Positions 53,335-62,919 of a stretch of 64,000 bases of DNA are shown piece after piece; positions within the stretch are counted from its first letter, which is position 1, and the number at the start of each line of letters is the position of its first letter. This DNA is from Ruminococcaceae bacterium OttesenSCG-928-D13 (GTDB lineage Bacteria > Bacillota > Clostridia > Oscillospirales > Ruminococcaceae): assembly GCA_030266915.1 (NCBI GenBank), contig JAJDIZ010000001.1, positions 9,793 to 73,792 of the forward strand. The letters are read 5' to 3'. The notes under the pieces are model-generated. The model ran no database searches, was not told where the DNA came from, and saw only the letters and a program-made list of their open reading frames with translations. The translations under genes and the position numbers were made by a program.

Positions 53335-55725
53335 ATGCAATACGGCCACTTTGACAACGAAAACCGGGAGTACGTGATCGACCGGGTGGACACCCCCACC
53401 AGCTGGACCAACTACCTTGGCACCGAGGACCTGGTGGCCGTGGTGAACCAGACCGCCGGGGGCTACCTGTTCTACAAATCGGCGGAGTACCACCGCATCA
53501 CCCGTTTCCGGGGCAACGCGGTGCCCAAGGACCGCCCGGGCCACTACATCTACATCCGGGACGACGAGACCGGCGACTACTGGAGCGTGAGCTGGCAGCC
53601 GGTGGCAAAGCCGCTAAAGGCGGCCGACTACCGCTGCCGGCACGGCCTGTCCTACTCGGTGTACAGCTGCGAGTACGGCGGCATCTACGCCGAGCAAACC
53701 CTGTTCATCCCCCGTGGCGAGGCGGTGGAGCTGTGGGATTTGAAGCTCGAGAACCGCAGCGGGCGGCCCCGGAAGCTTAGTGTTTTCTCCTATGCTGAGC
53801 TTAGCTTCCACCACATCGACATGGACAACCGCAACTTCCAGATGAGCCTGTACGCCGCCGGGGGCAGCTACGCCCAGGGGGTGATCCAGCAGGACCTGCA
53901 CTACGAGGAGAACGGCCACCAGTATTTCGCGGCCGATTTTGAGCCCGACGGCTACGACACCGAACGGGACGCCTTCATCGGGGTGTGGAACACCGAGCAA
54001 AACCCCCTCGGGGTGGAGCGGGGCAGCCTTTCCTCCAGCGCCCAGACCGGCGGCAACCAGTGCGCCGCCCTGCACAAGCGCTTCGAGATGGCGGCCGGGG
54101 AAAGCTGTCGGGCCTGCTTTATGCTGGGCGAGGGCGACCGGGCCATCGGCCTGCGGGTGGAGGAGAAATTCGCCGCCCCCGAGGCCCGGGACGCCGCCTT
54201 TGCCGAGCTGGCGGCCTACTGGGCCGAAAAGCTGGCTGCCTTGCAGGTGAAAACCCCGAACGCGGACATGGACACCATGCTCAACTGCTGGAACCTCTAC
54301 CAGAGCGAGGTGAACGTCAAGTTCAGCCGCTTTGCCAGCTTCATCGAGGTGGGCGGCCGCACCGGCCTGGGCTACCGGGACACCGCCCAGGACTCGATGT
54401 GCGTACCCCACTCAAACCCGGTGCGCTGCCGCGAGCGCATTTTGCAGCTGCTCAACGGCCTCACCAGCGAGGGCTACGGCCTGCACCTGTTCCAGCCCGA
54501 ATGGTTCGAGCCGGAGGCCGAGCAGCAGAGCTTCCAAAGCCCCACCGTGATTCCCACGCCGGACCCGGCCTCGATCATCCATGGCCTTGACCATGCTTGC
54601 AGTGACGACGCCCTCTGGCTGATCCCGTCCATCACCGAGTACATCAAGGAGACCGGCGACTTCGACTTTGCAGACAGGCAGGTGAGCTACGCCGATGCCG
54701 GGGTGGACAGTGTCTACGACCACATGAAGACCATCCTTGAGTTCTCGGCCCGGATGGTGGGCATCCACGGCGTCTGCATGGGCCTGCGGGCCGACTGGAA
54801 CGACTGCCTGAACCTGGGCGGCGGCGAGAGCGCCCTGGTGAGCTTTTTGCACCTCTGGGCGCTGAACAACTTCATCGGGCTGGCCCGCCGCCTTGGCCGG
54901 GACGCCGACGTGGAGCATTTCAGCGAGATGGCCCGGACCGTGAAGGACACCTGCAACACCCACCTGTGGGACGGCGAGTGGTTTTTACGGGGCTTCACCC
55001 GCACCGGGCGGCCCATTGGCACAAATGCCGACGCCGAGGGCAAAATCCATCTCGAAAGCAACGTCTGGGCGGTGATCTCCGGCGCGGCCGATGCCGAACA
55101 TGGCGCCCGGGCGATGGACAGCGTGCGCGAGCACCTGGCCACCGAGTGGGGCATCGAGCTGAACGGCCCGGCCTACACCCGCCCCGACGACGACGTGGGC
55201 TTTGTCACCCGGGTGTACCCGGGCCTCAAGGAGAACGCCTCGATTTTCAGCCATCCGAACCCCTGGGCCTGGGCCGCCGAGTGCGCCCTTGGCCGGGGCG
55301 GGCGGGCGATGGAGCTCTACGACAGCCTCTGCCCCGCCGCCCAGAACGACAAGATCGAAACCCGCAAGGCCGAGCCTTACAGCTACTGTCAGTTCATCAC
55401 TGGGCGCAGCCACATCGGCTTTGGCGAGGCTCATCACCCGTTCATGACCGGCAGCGGCGGCTGGAGCTACTTCGCCGCCACCCACAACATGCTGGGCATC
55501 CAGCCTGACTACGACGGCCTGATCGTCGACCCCTGCATCCCGCCCGAGTGGGACGGCTTCTCGGCCACCCGCCGCTTCCGCGGGGCCTTCTATGACATCA
55601 CCGTGCAAAACCCGAACCATGTGAGCCGCGGGGTGAAAGCCCTGACCGTGGACGGCCGGCCCGTGGATGCCATCCCGCTGCTGCCCGAGGGCCAGCGCTG
55701 CGCGGTGGAAGTGGTGCTGGGCTGA
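53335..55725 (+). CDS. GH94 family glycoside phosphorylase (cellobiose/chitobiose/laminaribiose phosphorylase-like)
   Basis: The MQYGHFDNENREYVIDRVDTPTSWTNYLG N-terminus and ~800 aa length are typical of GH94 disaccharide phosphorylases. A phosphoglucomutase gene follows. Confidence 0.8.
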   Translation: MQYGHFDNENREYVIDRVDTPTSWTNYLGTEDLVAVVNQTAGGYLFYKSAEYHRITRFRGNAVPKDRPGHYIYIRDDETGDYWSVSWQPVAKPLKAADYRCRHGLSYSVYSCEYGGIYAEQTLFIPRGEAVELWDLKLENRSGRPRKLSVFSYAELSFHHIDMDNRNFQMSLYAAGGSYAQGVIQQDLHYEENGHQYFAADFEPDGYDTERDAFIGVWNTEQNPLGVERGSLSSSAQTGGNQCAALHKRFEMAAGESCRACFMLGEGDRAIGLRVEEKFAAPEARDAAFAELAAYWAEKLAALQVKTPNADMDTMLNCWNLYQSEVNVKFSRFASFIEVGGRTGLGYRDTAQDSMCVPHSNPVRCRERILQLLNGLTSEGYGLHLFQPEWFEPEAEQQSFQSPTVIPTPDPASIIHGLDHACSDDALWLIPSITEYIKETGDFDFADRQVSYADAGVDSVYDHMKTILEFSARMVGIHGVCMGLRADWNDCLNLGGGESALVSFLHLWALNNFIGLARRLGRDADVEHFSEMARTVKDTCNTHLWDGEWFLRGFTRTGRPIGTNADAEGKIHLESNVWAVISGAADAEHGARAMDSVREHLATEWGIELNGPAYTRPDDDVGFVTRVYPGLKENASIFSHPNPWAWAAECALGRGGRAMELYDSLCPAAQNDKIETRKAEPYSYCQFITGRSHIGFGEAHHPFMTGSGGWSYFAATHNMLGIQPDYDGLIVDPCIPPEWDGFSATRRFRGAFYDITVQNPNHVSRGVKALTVDGRPVDAIPLLPEGQRCAVEVVLG

Positions 55726-55739
55726 AGATGTGCAAGGCT

Positions 55740-55828
55740 GGCGTTCGCACAGCCGGTGTTCCTCCACGCGGATGCGCTGCATATCCTAAGCCCTAGCCGC
55801 GCTCCAGAACACCGCCTGCACGAACGCC
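55740..55828 (-). repeat. Structured palindromic repeat, copy E (reverse core orientation)
   Basis: The reverse complement has a 43-nt core identical to copy D. Arms are GGCGTTCGCACAGCCGGTGTTC / GAACACCGCCTGCACGAACGCC (19/22 paired). Confidence 0.9.
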
Positions 55829-55895
55829 CGGGCAGCCGGTACGCCTCCTTTAAGAAAACACATTAACACCAAAAAACCAAACTAAGAGGTGAATC

Positions 55896-57308
55896 ATGGT
55901 TAAATTTGGCACCGGCGGCTGGCGCGCCATTATTGGCGACGGCTTCACCAAAGCCAACCTGCAGCTGCTCACCACGGCCATCATTCGCAAGCTCAAGGAC
56001 GACGGCCTGGCCGACGCCGGCTTTGTCATCGGCTACGACCGGCGCTTCCTCAGCGAGGAGGCCGCCCGCTGGGCCGCCGAGGTGGTGGCGGGGGAGGGGG
56101 TGCACTGCCGCATCATCAACCGGGCCAGCCCCACTCCGCTGATCATGTATGCCGTGAACCTCTACGGCATCCCCTACGGCATGGCCATCACGGCCAGCCA
56201 CAACCCGGCCATCTACAACGGGGTGAAGGTGTTCATGAGCGGCGGCAGAGACGCCGACGAGGAGCTGACCGCCGAGTTTGAGGGCTACATCGGGGAGCTT
56301 GGCCCCGAGGATGTGCGCCTTGTGCCCTACGAGGATGCCCTTGCCGCCGGCACCATCGAGCTGGTGGACCCGATGAACCAGTACATCGACTCGATTCTTA
56401 AAACGGTGGACACCGAGGCCATCCGAAGCGCCGCGCTCTACGTGGCGATGGACCCGATGTTCGGCGTGTCCAAAACGGCGCTGCAAACCATCCTGCTCAC
56501 CTGCCGCTGCGAGGTGGATATGATCCACGAACGGCGGGACGCCCTGTTCGGCGGGCGGCTGCCGGCCCCCAGCCAGGAGACCCTGGCCCCCCTGATCACC
56601 CACATGCGGGAGAACCACTGCGACATCGGTCTGGCCACCGACGGCGACGCCGACCGCCTTGGGGTGATCGACGACGAGGCCCAGTTCCTGCATCCCAACA
56701 AAATTTTGGTGCTGCTTTACTACTACCTGCTGAAATACAAGGGCTGGCGGGGCGCCGCGGTACGCAACCTGGCAACCACCCACCTGCTGGACAGGATTGC
56801 CGAAGACTTTGGCGAGACCTGCTACGAGGTGCCGGTGGGCTTCAAGTATGTCAGCAGCAAGATGGTGGAGACCGGGGCCATCATTGGAGGCGAGAGCAGC
56901 GGGGGCCTGACGGTGCGCGGCCACATCCAGGGCAAGGACGGCATCTACGCCGGCACTCTGTTGGTGGAGATGCTGGCCAAGAGCGGCCGCAAGCTCAGCG
57001 ACCTGTGGCGGGACATCGAGGAAAAGTACGGCCGCTGCGAAATGGTGGAGCGGGACTACCACTTCACCGAGGAGAAGAAGGCCGAAATGTACCGCACCCT
57101 GCTTGCGGACAAGCTGCTGCCCGAATTCCCCCACGAGGTGGACCATGTGAGCTATCTGGACGGCTGCAAGGTCTACTTCAAAAACGGCGGCTGGGTGATT
57201 GCACGCTTCTCCGGTACCGAGCCGCTGCTGCGCATCTTTGCCGAGATGGACAGCCAATGGGAGGCCAGCCTTGCGGCCGACACGCTGGAGCACTTTCTGG
57301 GGTTATAA
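55896..57308 (+). CDS. Phosphoglucomutase/phosphomannomutase family protein
   Basis: FGTGGWR at the N-terminus, active-site loop TASHNP, and the metal loop DGDADR. Confidence 0.85.
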   Translation: MVKFGTGGWRAIIGDGFTKANLQLLTTAIIRKLKDDGLADAGFVIGYDRRFLSEEAARWAAEVVAGEGVHCRIINRASPTPLIMYAVNLYGIPYGMAITASHNPAIYNGVKVFMSGGRDADEELTAEFEGYIGELGPEDVRLVPYEDALAAGTIELVDPMNQYIDSILKTVDTEAIRSAALYVAMDPMFGVSKTALQTILLTCRCEVDMIHERRDALFGGRLPAPSQETLAPLITHMRENHCDIGLATDGDADRLGVIDDEAQFLHPNKILVLLYYYLLKYKGWRGAAVRNLATTHLLDRIAEDFGETCYEVPVGFKYVSSKMVETGAIIGGESSGGLTVRGHIQGKDGIYAGTLLVEMLAKSGRKLSDLWRDIEEKYGRCEMVERDYHFTEEKKAEMYRTLLADKLLPEFPHEVDHVSYLDGCKVYFKNGGWVIARFSGTEPLLRIFAEMDSQWEASLAADTLEHFLGL

Positions 57309-57335
57309 GCAAAGTGAATAATGGCCGCGCCCCCG

Positions 57336-57414
57336 TGTGCCGTGGCATTCCTCCGCTCACATGCTTCGCATATCCTTAGCCCTAGGTTCGCTCCGGAATG
57401 CCCCGGCCCACGGC
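57336..57414 (-). repeat. Structured palindromic repeat, copy B (reverse core orientation, slightly degenerate)
   Basis: The reverse complement reads GGAGCGAACCTAGGGCTAAGGATATGCGAAGCATGTGAGCGGA. The GCCGTGGCATTCC / GGAATGCC..CACGGC arms are like copy A, with a 7-nt bulge. Confidence 0.85.
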
Positions 57415-57490
57415 GTCGCTACCCTTTGATTACATACCAAGGCGGGCGTCTCAGCGCCCGTCTTTCTGTTTCTCCAGCATTCTACATATT

Positions 57491-59311
57491 ATGGTATACT
57501 TGTGGGGATATAATACGGAAGGAGGCGGCCTTTTGGAGCCTGATAAAATCGGCGCTGAACCGAAAAGCGGCGGCCGTGTTTCCCTGAAATGGAGCCTTGT
57601 GCTGCTGATTCTCATCTGCTGGGTGCTGCCCCTGACCGTGACAGTGGCGGTCAGCGGATACCAGTCGGTGCGCAGCACCCGCGAGCGGGTGGCCGACATC
57701 GTCACCGCCAGCGTGGAGAACACCATGGGCCTGGCCGTGCGGGACTTGAACACCGCCGTCAACGAGGCGCTCAGCGTCAGCTATGTGCCCACGGTGCGGC
57801 AGGCCTACATGAACTACCAATCCACCGGCAACAAGGTGAGCCTGATGACCACCACCCGCACCTTCCTCGGGCAGAAATACTACCGCAGCCAGATGGTCCG
57901 GGCGGCCTATGTGGTCTACCCCGAGCTGGCCGTGGACGACACCATCCTGGCGTACAACCAGGACGCCTACAGCTGGTCCGAGGCGGCCCGGTTCTACGAA
58001 ACCGGCCTGTACGACGAAATCAGCGCGTTGATGGGGGAACTGGATACCGGCATCGCCTTCCGCTACGAGAACGGCCGGCTGTACCTTGCCCGGCTGCTCA
58101 GCCTGCAAGAACGCAGCTTCAGCCCCTACGCGGCCCTGGTGGAGGACATCGACCTGACCCAGCTGTTCGATGGGGTGCATCGCCTGCCCTATGTCACCTT
58201 TGCCTCGGTGACGGTGGGCGGCTGCGAGATTCTCATCGAGGATGAGGGCCAGGCAGCCGGGGCTGATCCGGTTGCCAAAAGCGGCCGGAGCAGCGATATT
58301 GAGGTGATGGAGGGCGTCCTTCCCGGCGAACGGTTCGAGCTTTCCTACCGCCTCACCGCCGACCTGCGGCCCCTGACGGAACAGATGAGCAACCCGCTGG
58401 GGGTGCTGCTGTGGATCGCGCTGTTCAGCCTGGGGCTGATGATGGTGGTGGTGACCTTCTTCATGCGGCGGATCAGCCGGCCCATCAATATTCTCAGCCG
58501 CTTTGCCGGGCAGATCGAGCGGGGTGATTTTGGCGCCCAAACTGATATCGAAAAGCTTGGCAACACCGAGTTTGTCACCCTCGGCCAGCGGATGAATGCC
58601 ATGAGCGCCCGGCTGGAGCACCAGTTCGAGCACATCTACCGGGAGGAGCTGGCCCTGCGGGACGCCCGCATCAAGGCGCTGCAAAGCCAGATTAACCCCC
58701 ACTTCCTCGGCAACACCCTCGAGACCATCAACTGGGAGGCGCGCCTGGCCGGCAACGAAAAGGTGAGCCGGATGCTGGAGGCGCTGTCCACCATGATGGG
58801 CGCCACCCTGGACCGCAGCCACCGCCCGCTGGTGCACCTGTCGGAGGAACTGGCCTACGTGAACGCCTACCTGCTGATCATCGGCGAACGACTGGGCAAG
58901 CGGCTGAGCGTGGTGAAGGAGATTGACGAGAGCCTGCTGGACTGGATGGTGCCGCGCCTGGTGCTGCAGCCCATCGTGGAGAATGCCATCGAGCACGGGG
59001 TGAGCGGCCGCCAAAGTGGGCGCATTGTGATCCGGGTGATCCGCCGGGCCGGGGACTGGATGAGCCTTGAGGTGGAGAACGACGGCCTGATGCCCCCGGA
59101 AAACGAGCGCCGGGTGCGAGAACTGCTGGAGAGTGAGACCGAGCCCGAAGGGGTTAATTCCTACAATATCGGCATCCGCAACGTACACCAGCGGCTGCGC
59201 CTGCTCTACGGCCCGGGGGGCGGCCTTTCCGTCACAAACACCAAAAACGGAACCACCCTTTCGGCAATGTGCATACAGGAGCATCAAATACACCAAATCG
59301 AGTCAAGTTAA
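57491..59311 (+). CDS. Sensor histidine kinase (YesM-like: TM-sensor-TM-HAMP-His_kinase-HATPase_c)
   Basis: HAMP region (ISRPINILSRFAGQIERGDF), QINPHFLGNTLETI H-box and a C-terminal GHKL ATPase. The start is uncertain: ATG at 57491, or TTG at 57533 8 nt after GGAGG. Confidence 0.8.
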   Translation: MVYLWGYNTEGGGLLEPDKIGAEPKSGGRVSLKWSLVLLILICWVLPLTVTVAVSGYQSVRSTRERVADIVTASVENTMGLAVRDLNTAVNEALSVSYVPTVRQAYMNYQSTGNKVSLMTTTRTFLGQKYYRSQMVRAAYVVYPELAVDDTILAYNQDAYSWSEAARFYETGLYDEISALMGELDTGIAFRYENGRLYLARLLSLQERSFSPYAALVEDIDLTQLFDGVHRLPYVTFASVTVGGCEILIEDEGQAAGADPVAKSGRSSDIEVMEGVLPGERFELSYRLTADLRPLTEQMSNPLGVLLWIALFSLGLMMVVVTFFMRRISRPINILSRFAGQIERGDFGAQTDIEKLGNTEFVTLGQRMNAMSARLEHQFEHIYREELALRDARIKALQSQINPHFLGNTLETINWEARLAGNEKVSRMLEALSTMMGATLDRSHRPLVHLSEELAYVNAYLLIIGERLGKRLSVVKEIDESLLDWMVPRLVLQPIVENAIEHGVSGRQSGRIVIRVIRRAGDWMSLEVENDGLMPPENERRVRELLESETEPEGVNSYNIGIRNVHQRLRLLYGPGGGLSVTNTKNGTTLSAMCIQEHQIHQIESS

Positions 59312-59439
59312 GGCAAGTCCGGTCATGGCAAAGGCCGGGTTGTTTTGGGTAAGATGAAGGTACAAACTGGTGCCGCTGTATCCGGGCGCCGGTTAGGATA
59401 CAAACAACACGGAGAAACCATGACAACTGGAGGTAAGAC

Positions 59440-60762
59440 ATGAAAAGGAAATTTGCACTGCTCTTGGCTTTGGTGATGTGTATTGGCTTATTGGCCGCCT
59501 GCGGCGGCGACAGCGGCTCGTCTGCTCCCGCCAGCACCGGGGGAGACAATCCCGCTCCCTCCGATAACCCGGTGGAGCTGACCGTGGTCACCTCCTACGG
59601 CCAGGAGGACGGCAACCGCGGCATCTATGAGGAAAGCTACAAGGCCTGGGAGGCCGCCACCGGCAACACCGTGCACGATTCCTCATCCATGTCCAACGAG
59701 GAGTGGAAGGCCCAGGTGCTGAGTGACTTCGAGGCCGGCAGCGAGCCCGACGTGCTGTTCTACTTTGCCTTTGCCGACGGCGACCCGCTGGTGAACGGCG
59801 GCAAGGTGGTGCCGATCGACGAGATTCGCGCCGAGTTCCCCGACTATGCCTCCAACATGGATGACGCCAGAATCCCGGCCTCCACTGCCGACGGGAAAAA
59901 ATACGTGGTGCCCACCACGGGCATCTGGGAGGGGCTGTTTTGTAACAATGTGGTGCTGGCCGAAGCCGGCGTAACAGCGCCCACCGTGGATACCACCTGG
60001 GATGAGTTTTTGGAGATGTGCCAGAAGGTGAAGGACGCGGGCTATACCCCGATTGCGGTATCCCTGGCCAGCGTTCCCCATTATTGGTTCGAGTTCCTGA
60101 TTATGAACAAGGGCGGCTTTGCTGACCACCTGCAGATGCCCACAGAGTCCGAGGCTGCCCGCACCGCCTGGATAGAGGGTCTGGAAGGGTTCAGGCAGCT
60201 GTATGAGCTGGGCTACCTCCCCGACAACACGCTCACCAACACCGATGATGAGGCCGTTTTGATGATGGCCGAGGATAAGGCTGCCTTCCTGATTGACGGA
60301 AGCTGGAAGGTGGGCTGGTTCAAAAGCAACGCAAACTCTGACAACTATTCGGTCACCTATGTGCCCGGCAACAGCGTGCGTTCGGCGGACGAAATCATCG
60401 GCGGCGCCTCCATGGGCTACATGATTACCCGCAAGGCCTGGGATGACCCCGACAAGCGCGCCGCCGCCGTCAGCTTCATCGAGCATATGACCAGCGACGA
60501 CGTGGTGAGCCGGATGAGCGCCAACAACCTGGGCACCAACGCCCTGAAGAACAGTCCGGCCATTACAGACTTCCCGGACAAGATCAGCGAGACGGCCTAC
60601 CAGATGGCCACCGGCGCTGCAAAGCAGAGTGGTGCTGTGCAGGACTTGGCCGCTGTAGACGCCCGAAACGAGTTGTTCACCAACGACATCCCGCAGATTG
60701 CGGCCGGCCAGATGACCGCCGAGGAAGCCGTGGATAAGTTCATCGCAGCCTACAACGGCTAA
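59440..60762 (+). CDS. Carbohydrate ABC transporter substrate-binding lipoprotein (family 1)
   Basis: GGAGG RBS. The signal peptide has the lipobox LLAAC. The body is SBP_bac_1-like. Confidence 0.8.
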   Translation: MKRKFALLLALVMCIGLLAACGGDSGSSAPASTGGDNPAPSDNPVELTVVTSYGQEDGNRGIYEESYKAWEAATGNTVHDSSSMSNEEWKAQVLSDFEAGSEPDVLFYFAFADGDPLVNGGKVVPIDEIRAEFPDYASNMDDARIPASTADGKKYVVPTTGIWEGLFCNNVVLAEAGVTAPTVDTTWDEFLEMCQKVKDAGYTPIAVSLASVPHYWFEFLIMNKGGFADHLQMPTESEAARTAWIEGLEGFRQLYELGYLPDNTLTNTDDEAVLMMAEDKAAFLIDGSWKVGWFKSNANSDNYSVTYVPGNSVRSADEIIGGASMGYMITRKAWDDPDKRAAAVSFIEHMTSDDVVSRMSANNLGTNALKNSPAITDFPDKISETAYQMATGAAKQSGAVQDLAAVDARNELFTNDIPQIAAGQMTAEEAVDKFIAAYNG

Positions 60763-60879
60763 AACGCAGCCAACGGCCGGGGAGTGAGAGATCGCTCTCC
60801 GGCCATTTTAAAAAAGATGAGGAGTGCCAGCCGGGTTGGACACCCGGCGGTGTCCGGCACCATTTTTGGAGGCGAACCG

Positions 60880-61782
60880 ATGAAAAACCATAACTCGATG
60901 ATCTTCAAAAAGAAGGGGCCGCTGCTGCTGTTCCTGGTGCCGGCCTTCGCCTTCCTGGCGGTGTACCTGTTCTATCCCTTTGTGCTGAACATTTGGAACA
61001 GCTTCCAGGACATCGGGGGCCTGGGCCAGGCTCCCGCCGGCATGAACGACCCCTGGTACAAAAACTACACCGATATGGCCACCGACCCGGTGATGCACAC
61101 CGCCATTTTGAATACACTGCTGATCATGCTGTGCACCATCCTGTTCCAGGTGGGCATCGCGCTGGTTCTGGCCCTGATGGTGGACGGCATCCGCGTGGGC
61201 AACCAGTTTTTCCGCACCGTCTACTTTTTCCCGATCATCATCTCGGCCACCGCCCTTGGGCTGATGTTCAACATGGTGTTCCTGTACGACGGCGGCATGG
61301 TCAATGAGCTGCTGCACAGCATGGGGCTGATCTCGAAAAATATCGACTGGAAGGACCAGAGCCACTGGTTCTTCACGATGACCGCCCCGGTGATGTGGCA
61401 GTACGTGGGCTTCTACTTCGTCATCATCGTCACCGGACTCAACAACATCTCGCCCGACATTTACGAGGCGGCCGAGATTGACGGTGCCTCGGCCATGCAG
61501 CGCATTTTCCGCATCAAGCTGCCGCTGCTGCACAACACCCTGATGACCTGCCTTGTGCTGGCCATCACCGGCGCACTCAAGGTGTTTGACCTGCCCTGGA
61601 CCATGTTCCCCAACGGCATTCCGCTGAACGCCAGCTGGCTGACCGGCACCTACATGTACAAGCAGACCCTGGGCGGCGCCCAGAACGTGGACTATGGCTC
61701 GGCCATTTCAATTCTGATTGTGGTGCTCGGGGTGGTCATCAGCCAGGTGGCCAACGCCATTTTCAAAGAGAAGGATTACTGA
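60880..61782 (+). CDS. Carbohydrate ABC transporter permease (MalF/UgpA-like)
   Basis: Track ORF 60784.., with the ATG at 60880 after GGAGG. It has the EAA loop (YEAAEIDGASAMQRIFRIKLP). Confidence 0.85.
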   Translation: MKNHNSMIFKKKGPLLLFLVPAFAFLAVYLFYPFVLNIWNSFQDIGGLGQAPAGMNDPWYKNYTDMATDPVMHTAILNTLLIMLCTILFQVGIALVLALMVDGIRVGNQFFRTVYFFPIIISATALGLMFNMVFLYDGGMVNELLHSMGLISKNIDWKDQSHWFFTMTAPVMWQYVGFYFVIIVTGLNNISPDIYEAAEIDGASAMQRIFRIKLPLLHNTLMTCLVLAITGALKVFDLPWTMFPNGIPLNASWLTGTYMYKQTLGGAQNVDYGSAISILIVVLGVVISQVANAIFKEKDY

Positions 61783-61797
61783 GGGGAGGCGCGAAAC

Positions 61798-62685
61798 ATG
61801 ACAACCAGCCCGCTGGTGAAAAAACAGCGCAACCCTGTGCGGGCGGCGCTGAGCAAGATAGTCATCTACATTGTTTTGGGGCTGTGGGCCGCCACCACCA
61901 TCTTTCCCTTTTTGTGGGTGCTGGGCAACTCGTTCAAGGAGCGGAAGTTCATTCTGTCTGAGACCTTTGCCATCCCAACCGGGGATATGTTCACCACCAG
62001 CAACTACCAGACAGCCTTCGACCGCATCCCGATTTTCACGGCCTACCGCAACAGCCTTGTTATCTCGGGCGCGGTGACGGTGTTTGTCATCATCATTGCC
62101 GGGCTGTGCGCCTACGGCCTTGCCCGGTACAGCTTCAAGGGGCGCCGCCTGCTGCACTCCATCGTGCTGGCCGCCATGATGTTCCCGGCCTTCGCCACAA
62201 TCATCCCGGTGTACCGCATGGAGTTCCAGTGGGGCATCGCCAACACCCACAGCCTGCCCCTCACCTGGCTTTCAATTATTTTGCCCCAGGTGGCCGGCAA
62301 CATCAGCTTCGCGGTCATTGTGCTGATGGGCTACATTCGCAGCCTGCCCATAGACCTGGAGGAGGCCGCCTTCCTCGAGGGCTATGGGGTCACCCGCATC
62401 TTCTTCCGCATCATCATGCCACTGGCCCGGCCAAGCTTCGCCACGGTGGGTATCTTCACCTTCCTGTGGAGTTACAACGACCTGTTCACCCAGCTGTTCT
62501 TTTTGCGCTACGAGAAGTTCTATTCCATCACCCGCCTGCTGAACATGATTTCCAGCCAGGAGGGCACCAACTACGGCCTGCTGTGCTCGGCCGTGGTGCT
62601 GGTGGTGGTGCCGGTGCTGATTGTCTACATCCTGTTGCAGAAGAACATTGTGAAAGGCCTCACCGCCGGGGCGATAAAGGGCTAG
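61798..62685 (+). CDS. Carbohydrate ABC transporter permease (MalG/UgpE-like)
   Basis: EAA loop LEEAAFLEGYGVTRIFFRIIMP and six helices. Confidence 0.85.
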   Translation: MTTSPLVKKQRNPVRAALSKIVIYIVLGLWAATTIFPFLWVLGNSFKERKFILSETFAIPTGDMFTTSNYQTAFDRIPIFTAYRNSLVISGAVTVFVIIIAGLCAYGLARYSFKGRRLLHSIVLAAMMFPAFATIIPVYRMEFQWGIANTHSLPLTWLSIILPQVAGNISFAVIVLMGYIRSLPIDLEEAAFLEGYGVTRIFFRIIMPLARPSFATVGIFTFLWSYNDLFTQLFFLRYEKFYSITRLLNMISSQEGTNYGLLCSAVVLVVVPVLIVYILLQKNIVKGLTAGAIKG

Positions 62686-62720
62686 TTCTTTTATTGTATC
62701 CGATTCCACAGAGGCAGCAG

Positions 62721-62805
62721 CATCGAGGGGCAGGGCTTTCCAGAGCGAACCTAGGGCTAAGGATGTGCAACGCACGTTCGCGGCGGAAAGACCTGACACT
62801 CGATG
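62721..62805 (+). repeat. Structured palindromic repeat, copy C (forward core orientation)
   Basis: Arms CATCGAGGGGCAGGGCTTTCC / GGAAAGACCTGACACTCGATG (18/21 paired) flank the core AGAGCGAACCTAGGGCTAAGGATGTGCAACGCACGTTCGCGGC. Confidence 0.9.
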
Positions 62806-62824
62806 TTGCGGACCTGGAGCTTTC

Positions 62825-62850
62825 AGCCCTCCTGATGGAGGGCTTTTTTC
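62825..62850 (+). terminator. Rho-independent terminator
   Basis: AGCCCTCC-TGAT-GGAGGGCT followed by TTTTTC, 19 nt after repeat copy C. Confidence 0.8.
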
Positions 62851-62919
62851 TTGACGCATCCCAGCCGGGACAGTACAATTGACTAAGATGTTTTCGCGCA
62901 AGTCCAAGTGGGGTGAAAG

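Noticed and set aside
55863-59296. Antisense ORFs 55863..57293 (476 aa) and 57482..59296 (604 aa) opposite the phosphoglucomutase and histidine kinase genes
   Set aside because: The reasoning is the same. The composition is a GC-driven artefact and the opposite strand encodes well-supported proteins. The many similar shadow ORFs elsewhere (for example 11312..12520, 14382..15491, 23871..24992, 45307..46317, 47226..48524) are rejected likewise.
48506-62805. Interpretation of the repeats as integron attC sites or a CRISPR-like array
   Set aside because: No integrase or cas gene is present. The orientations are mixed, and spacing is irregular at kilobase scale with normal housekeeping-type operons between copies. 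The attC R'/R'' consensus (GTTRRRY/RYYYAAC) is not satisfied. CRISPR requires short regularly spaced direct repeats, and none are present.
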